NCBI GenBank assembly: GCA_032718475.1
Contig: JAUCBJ010001946.1
Span: 1 to 36,452, forward strand
From: Nemertoderma westbladi
Lineage: Eukaryota; Animalia; Xenacoelomorpha
Length of the DNA stretch: 36,452 nt
Direction: 5' to 3'
Shown here: in pieces, positions 31,948 to 36,452 of the stretch
How positions within the stretch are numbered: the first letter of the stretch is position 1
How the letters are laid out: every line of letters starts with the position of its first letter
Notes under the pieces: model-generated
Seen by the model: only the letters and a program-made list of their open reading frames with translations
The model's database searches: none
Told to the model about the DNA's origin: nothing
Program-made: the position numbers and the translations under genes

Positions 31948-33416
31948 CAAAATACGATATATATTGAAGTAAACAAGTTGGTGTTTCCATCAGGTTTTAT
32001 ATAAATTAATTATGTGAAATAACATTAATTTGACTAATGAATAAATTAAAGTGATATTACATTAATATTGTAAGGAATAGGCCTACATTGTACAGACTAA
32101 GGCCACTCTGACTGAAATGAAGAAAACCTAGACTTTATACAACATTCGACTGAATAAATCAAGTACCTAGCCTACTGTACTAGGCGGTAGGCCTACACTA
32201 CATAAGTGAACGGATTGTCATTGAAAATCCCGCTCTAAAAACCATTACTTTGCATGATAGCCAATCACAACTGTCAAAAGTCCAGTTTATTAGAGTTGGG
32301 GTTATCGTGTAAAATAATACTGTTACTGTAAAGTGCTGAGATTACTTTTTATTAATTGTCTCAATCCAATCTGTTATGACTCTATCTGAATTTGCTGCAA
32401 ATAATACACTATGATACTAAATGATAGTGATAAAATACATACGAGTAGACAAGATAATCAGTTTATAAGATTTATTAAGAGGGATCGGTGTGTTGCGTTT
32501 AGACTCAGTTCAATGTTTACCTTTCTGCATTCCATTTCAATTACTTTCTATATCTGAATAAATGTTTAATTAATCTCATGTGCAAACTCTTGGCTTTACA
32601 CACTACTTGCAGAGTGAATAATGATCCCAATGACCTGTGAATAAATAATGATCGAATCGCATTGGTCAAAATCAATGAAAGTCATTTCATAAAACTGAAA
32701 ACTGCAAACCCAGTATTTTGCTACAACAACTACATTCTTTAGGTATGTTATTAATTCTCCAATATATAGTCTACGGTATTTTGGCCACTTAATTAACGCA
32801 TGGAAGTCAAATAAAATCATTTTCAGAGTAAATAATACAATATGTATATTTTGTATAATGTATATTCTGCGCTAATCTATTGTTATAAATTGAACGTTGA
32901 ACTGTGTCCTGCAAGGATATACTGATTATGAGACACAAACTGTACTAGGGTACAAATTAGTACGGAAATAAACAAGATTATATCAGATATAAAGGTGAGG
33001 TCAATATAAAGTCTTAATAATATTGTAGTTATAAGTTCATTTATTGCCTAGTGCTCAAATAAATGGTTTAATAATAGACCTACTATTAAATAACATAATT
33101 ATTGGGTATATATTATATCAGTTGCCTTATTATGCTGCCATAGACCTCTGATTGAATTATATTCTTAGAGTTACAGTAGTGGCAGTAGGCCTACTCTGAT
33201 AAACAATATGTCAAGTGTTTTTTATGTTTTCGTTTTTCAATTTTATATGATATTTTCACAGTATGCAGATGTACTTTAATGCAGATTTTGGAGTGCGTGA
33301 CTTACAATTTAAATCCATAAAAAAAACTAATATCATTGCCTTTATGTTGGGGTCAATTAATTATTTGGGTCTAAAAATACTACAGTATTACAATACATAT
33401 ACACCCTTAAATTCTA

Positions 33417-33983
33417 CACTACCACTACTGCTACTACAATCGGCCTGCTGCATTGAAACTTCACATTGAGATGCTATGCCAGCGTGGCAAAAACATTTTG
33501 TCACCACCATACAATCCACAATTGGCAAGCCCAATGCAGCGTACATTAAGAATGCTATGCCGGCTTATCATCAAAGTTACAGCGCCACAACTCCCTGTCC
33601 ACCATGACTTTCGCGAGATTATCCGCATCTTCGAGGCCAGTGTCCTTTAAGAGGCGTCTTATAAAAGTCATGGGCTGTCCACCATGCTTATTTTCTCCAT
33701 GGGGTTGCCAAAGCACAAGATTGTGCAAAGGCTGGTCCTCACGGCGAAAATAATATCCTGCAAAGCGGAGGCGGCTTTGTTCTAATGTCAAACTTTGGGG
33801 AACCAACGAGACACGCAAACACCTCCAAACAGTTAGAGCCCAGTATGGACTCCCATAGAGGAATACTGGAACTACTGCTGCTCTAAATAATAGGACCTTA
33901 AGTTTCTGATGAATTCTCTGTGACTTCCAAATCCTGGAAGGCCCGTTTAATTCTGCCCATGCCTTTCCCTTACGTATTCGAAG
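33417..33983 (-). mobile_element. Degenerate RTE-like LINE 3' fragment
   Basis: Translates to RIRKGKAWA and RLRFAGYYFRREDQPLHNLVLWQPHG; decayed (TAG)n tail; similar to 20208-20488. Confidence 0.75.
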
Positions 33984-34281
33984 TAATACTTAATAACCCT
34001 ACGTAGTACTTTTTTGATATTTCTAATGTACATTAACATTAACTATAGCGAAATTCAAGTTTATATCTTCTGATAAACTTTAAACTTAAATTTAAAAACT
34101 AAAAATTCTCAAACATTTTGATATTAACGGCGAATCTGAAATACAAAAGAAATGAGCCTAAATAATTTGAAATTAGGGGATGCCTGCTATTGTTATCATT
34201 AAATTATATTATAAACGTATTATTATATTATAAGCACAATTTATCTAAATACATGTAGGCCTAGTTATAATTATATTAAAA

Positions 34282-35097
34282 CAGGGTGTCGAACGACCGG
34301 GAAAAACGGGAAAAGGTCGGGAAAAAATTTAAACCGGGAAAAATCTGGAAAATGCCTAGGAGAAATATTATGTAACCGGGAATTTGTCATATTTTAAACA
34401 ACATGTTTGTTCAAAGTTAGTAAAATAAATACCAATTTTTTATTTATATTTATTTATTTATTATTTATTTATTAAAATTAAAATGTAGAAGGTAAAACCT
34501 TATTGCACCCGTAATATCAAAGAAGGCAGTCGTTAAGAAGAGTAAAGTTAAAAAATACTAAAGATAATACTGTTAAAAAGTACCAATCAGTCACTAAATA
34601 GGCCACTATTAAACAACACACATGTCAATAAAATAAACCGCACAAATAAAAGTTATTGGGGAAGGGTTGTGCTCATAGATTAAACAAGCCTTTTATTGAT
34701 AAAATGTTTATTTATTGATAAACTTGTTGTGAATCGTTGCTAAAACTTTATGTGAAAACTTTATGCTAAAACTTTACCTGACGGACTAGTGTTGCTAAAA
34801 CTTTATTAAACGTATATTTATCGCTAAGGCTTTTCTACGCAAAATACTGTTTACTAACTCTGATATTTTTACCGGTACCTGTACTGTATGGAACTACTGT
34901 ACTTATCTACGTATCTGTTCTTCTGTTTCTTGTCTGCCTGTACAGCTGTAGGAAATGTTAACATGAAATTTAGGTCAAGTGGAAATCAAAATATAATATG
35001 TTACATTATGTCATCTAAACCGGGAAAATTCACAAATGAACCGGGAAAAACTGGGAAATGGCCGGGAAAAAACATGTCAAAATCGTTCGACACTCTG
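34282..35097. mobile_element. Non-autonomous DNA transposon with CAG-ended 15-bp TIRs and CCGGGAAA subterminal repeats (hAT-like)
   Basis: CAGGGTGTCGAACGA / TCGTTCGACACTCTG (1 mismatch); clusters of (C)CGGGAAA at both ends; flanking TAAAA duplication at 34277-34281 and 35098-35102. Confidence 0.78.
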
Positions 35098-35141
35098 TAA
35101 AATTTATTTAGATAATTTGTACTGTATATATAAACTGAAAC

Positions 35142-35555
35142 ATGGGTGACTCATTGTTTACAAACCCCGCTGCAGCCAACAAATCAGAAACAGGCAGTGG
35201 TGGCCGTGTTGCCACGGAAACAACTGGCAAAGTCATGGAAGAACATTTATACAAGATCCTAATAGTCGGGGAATTTGGAGTGGGAAAAACTTCCATTATC
35301 CGTCGATACACAGAAGGGTCCTTCTCCCCCAACTACAAACTCACTATTGGTGTGGATTTCGCCCTGAAGTCTATTCGTTGGGACACCAACACGAAGGTGA
35401 ACCTCCAGCTGTGGGACATTGCCGGTCACGAGAGATTCGGACACATGACCAGAGTTTACTACAAGTACGCGGTCGCCGCTATTATTGTGTTTGACTTGAC
35501 ACGACAGTCAACTTGGGAAGCTGTGACTAAATGGTACAACGACGTTAATGATAAG
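35142..35555 (+). CDS. Rab32/38/29-family small GTPase, first coding exon (partial gene)
   Basis: GEFGVGKTS P-loop, YKLTIGVDFALK switch I and WDIAG(H)ERFG. Similarity ends at a likely phase-0 donor AAG|GTACAA; the G4/G5 motifs were not found in the window. Confidence 0.9.
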
Positions 35556-36452
35556 GTACAATGATTAAGCGCTATATAAGTTGTACCACAATCATAAGGA
35601 ATACTTAATATATTTACATATTTATTTATTTATATTTACATTGTATATATTTACATTTACTTTACTTTACTTCATTTAAAATGTGAGGATAATATAAAGA
35701 CTTTACTGTGTTGGGATTTAAAAAATAGTACTGAATTTACTTGTACTGTATTCCACTAAAGTTTTTAGCCAATCAATGACTATAAACGACGTTTCAGGAT
35801 AAATATTATATTTTTCCTACAAACACATGGATACAAGAGAAACAAAGACAACTTAGCAGATAGTGGCGCACTTTGACCGCAAGCGAAAATAGTGATCTTC
35901 AGCGCAAATTGTGGAAATAATGCATAGTTTATTGTTTTGATTAGAAAAGACCGCAACTGTAACCTGTACCTTTCCCTTTATGTTTTTAATTAAATTAAAC
36001 AAATTTTTAAAACCCACTAAAATTTCTTTTGTGTTTGCGGTCATTTCGCGCCATTAACTCCAACTTAGACAACTTATAGATACTATAACCCTCAATTTAG
36101 TGATATACAGTTTTATTGCAGAATTTCGAAGTAAATTTTCACCTGGGGTTATAACAACTCCCCGTCAATATCGGAAGCTATAACCCGATGTCTTTTTGTT
36201 TGTCATTTTAGTTGTATTTTGTTCCAAGTCAGTCTATGATGATGAAATTAAATTTAAAGTAAAATTAATAGTTAGCGATACCAGTAGTCCTACTTTCTTA
36301 TAATCGCATCGAGGCGGAAGGCCGTGTAAAAATATGTTTGTTTAAGTCTAACTTAAATTCACAACTGTAACACAACACAGTAGGCCTAGTATTTTGCCCC
36401 ATAGAAGTCAATGCTAAGTTTGATTTATTTTGGCCGATATGAGAAACCATAC

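Noticed and set aside
35556-35564. Rab gene as a truncated 140-aa protein
   Set aside because: The stop lies just past a plausible GT donor, so downstream exons outside the window are more likely.

Overview
AT-rich eukaryotic genomic DNA, most likely from an invertebrate animal, dominated by nested transposable elements around three host genes. Host genes: a highly divergent intronless SLC6 transporter (14873-17041), an intronless MBLAC1-like gene (31303-31947, minus) and the first coding exon of a Rab32/38-family GTPase (35142-35555). The left third holds a young, intact Ty3/Gypsy LTR element inserted into a CR1/L2-group LINE. That LINE's (AAACT)n tail runs directly into a 40-bp minisatellite, which is part of a recent ~2.9-kb tandem duplication. 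Positions 17523-30799 form one long-TIR element with CATG ends and a 7-bp TSD, P/Galileo-like. It contains a MITE, a Helitron remnant, two RTE LINEs, a Merlin transposon, a CRE-like restriction-endonuclease LINE and a small hammerhead-ribozyme element. The most unusual item is that ~490-bp TSD-flanked retrozyme-like 1.5-mer (330-nt period). Its minimal type I hammerhead sits between a Pol III A-box and B-box, in the position of a tRNA anticodon arm. All calls were made by eye from the sequence and ORF track; no searches were run.
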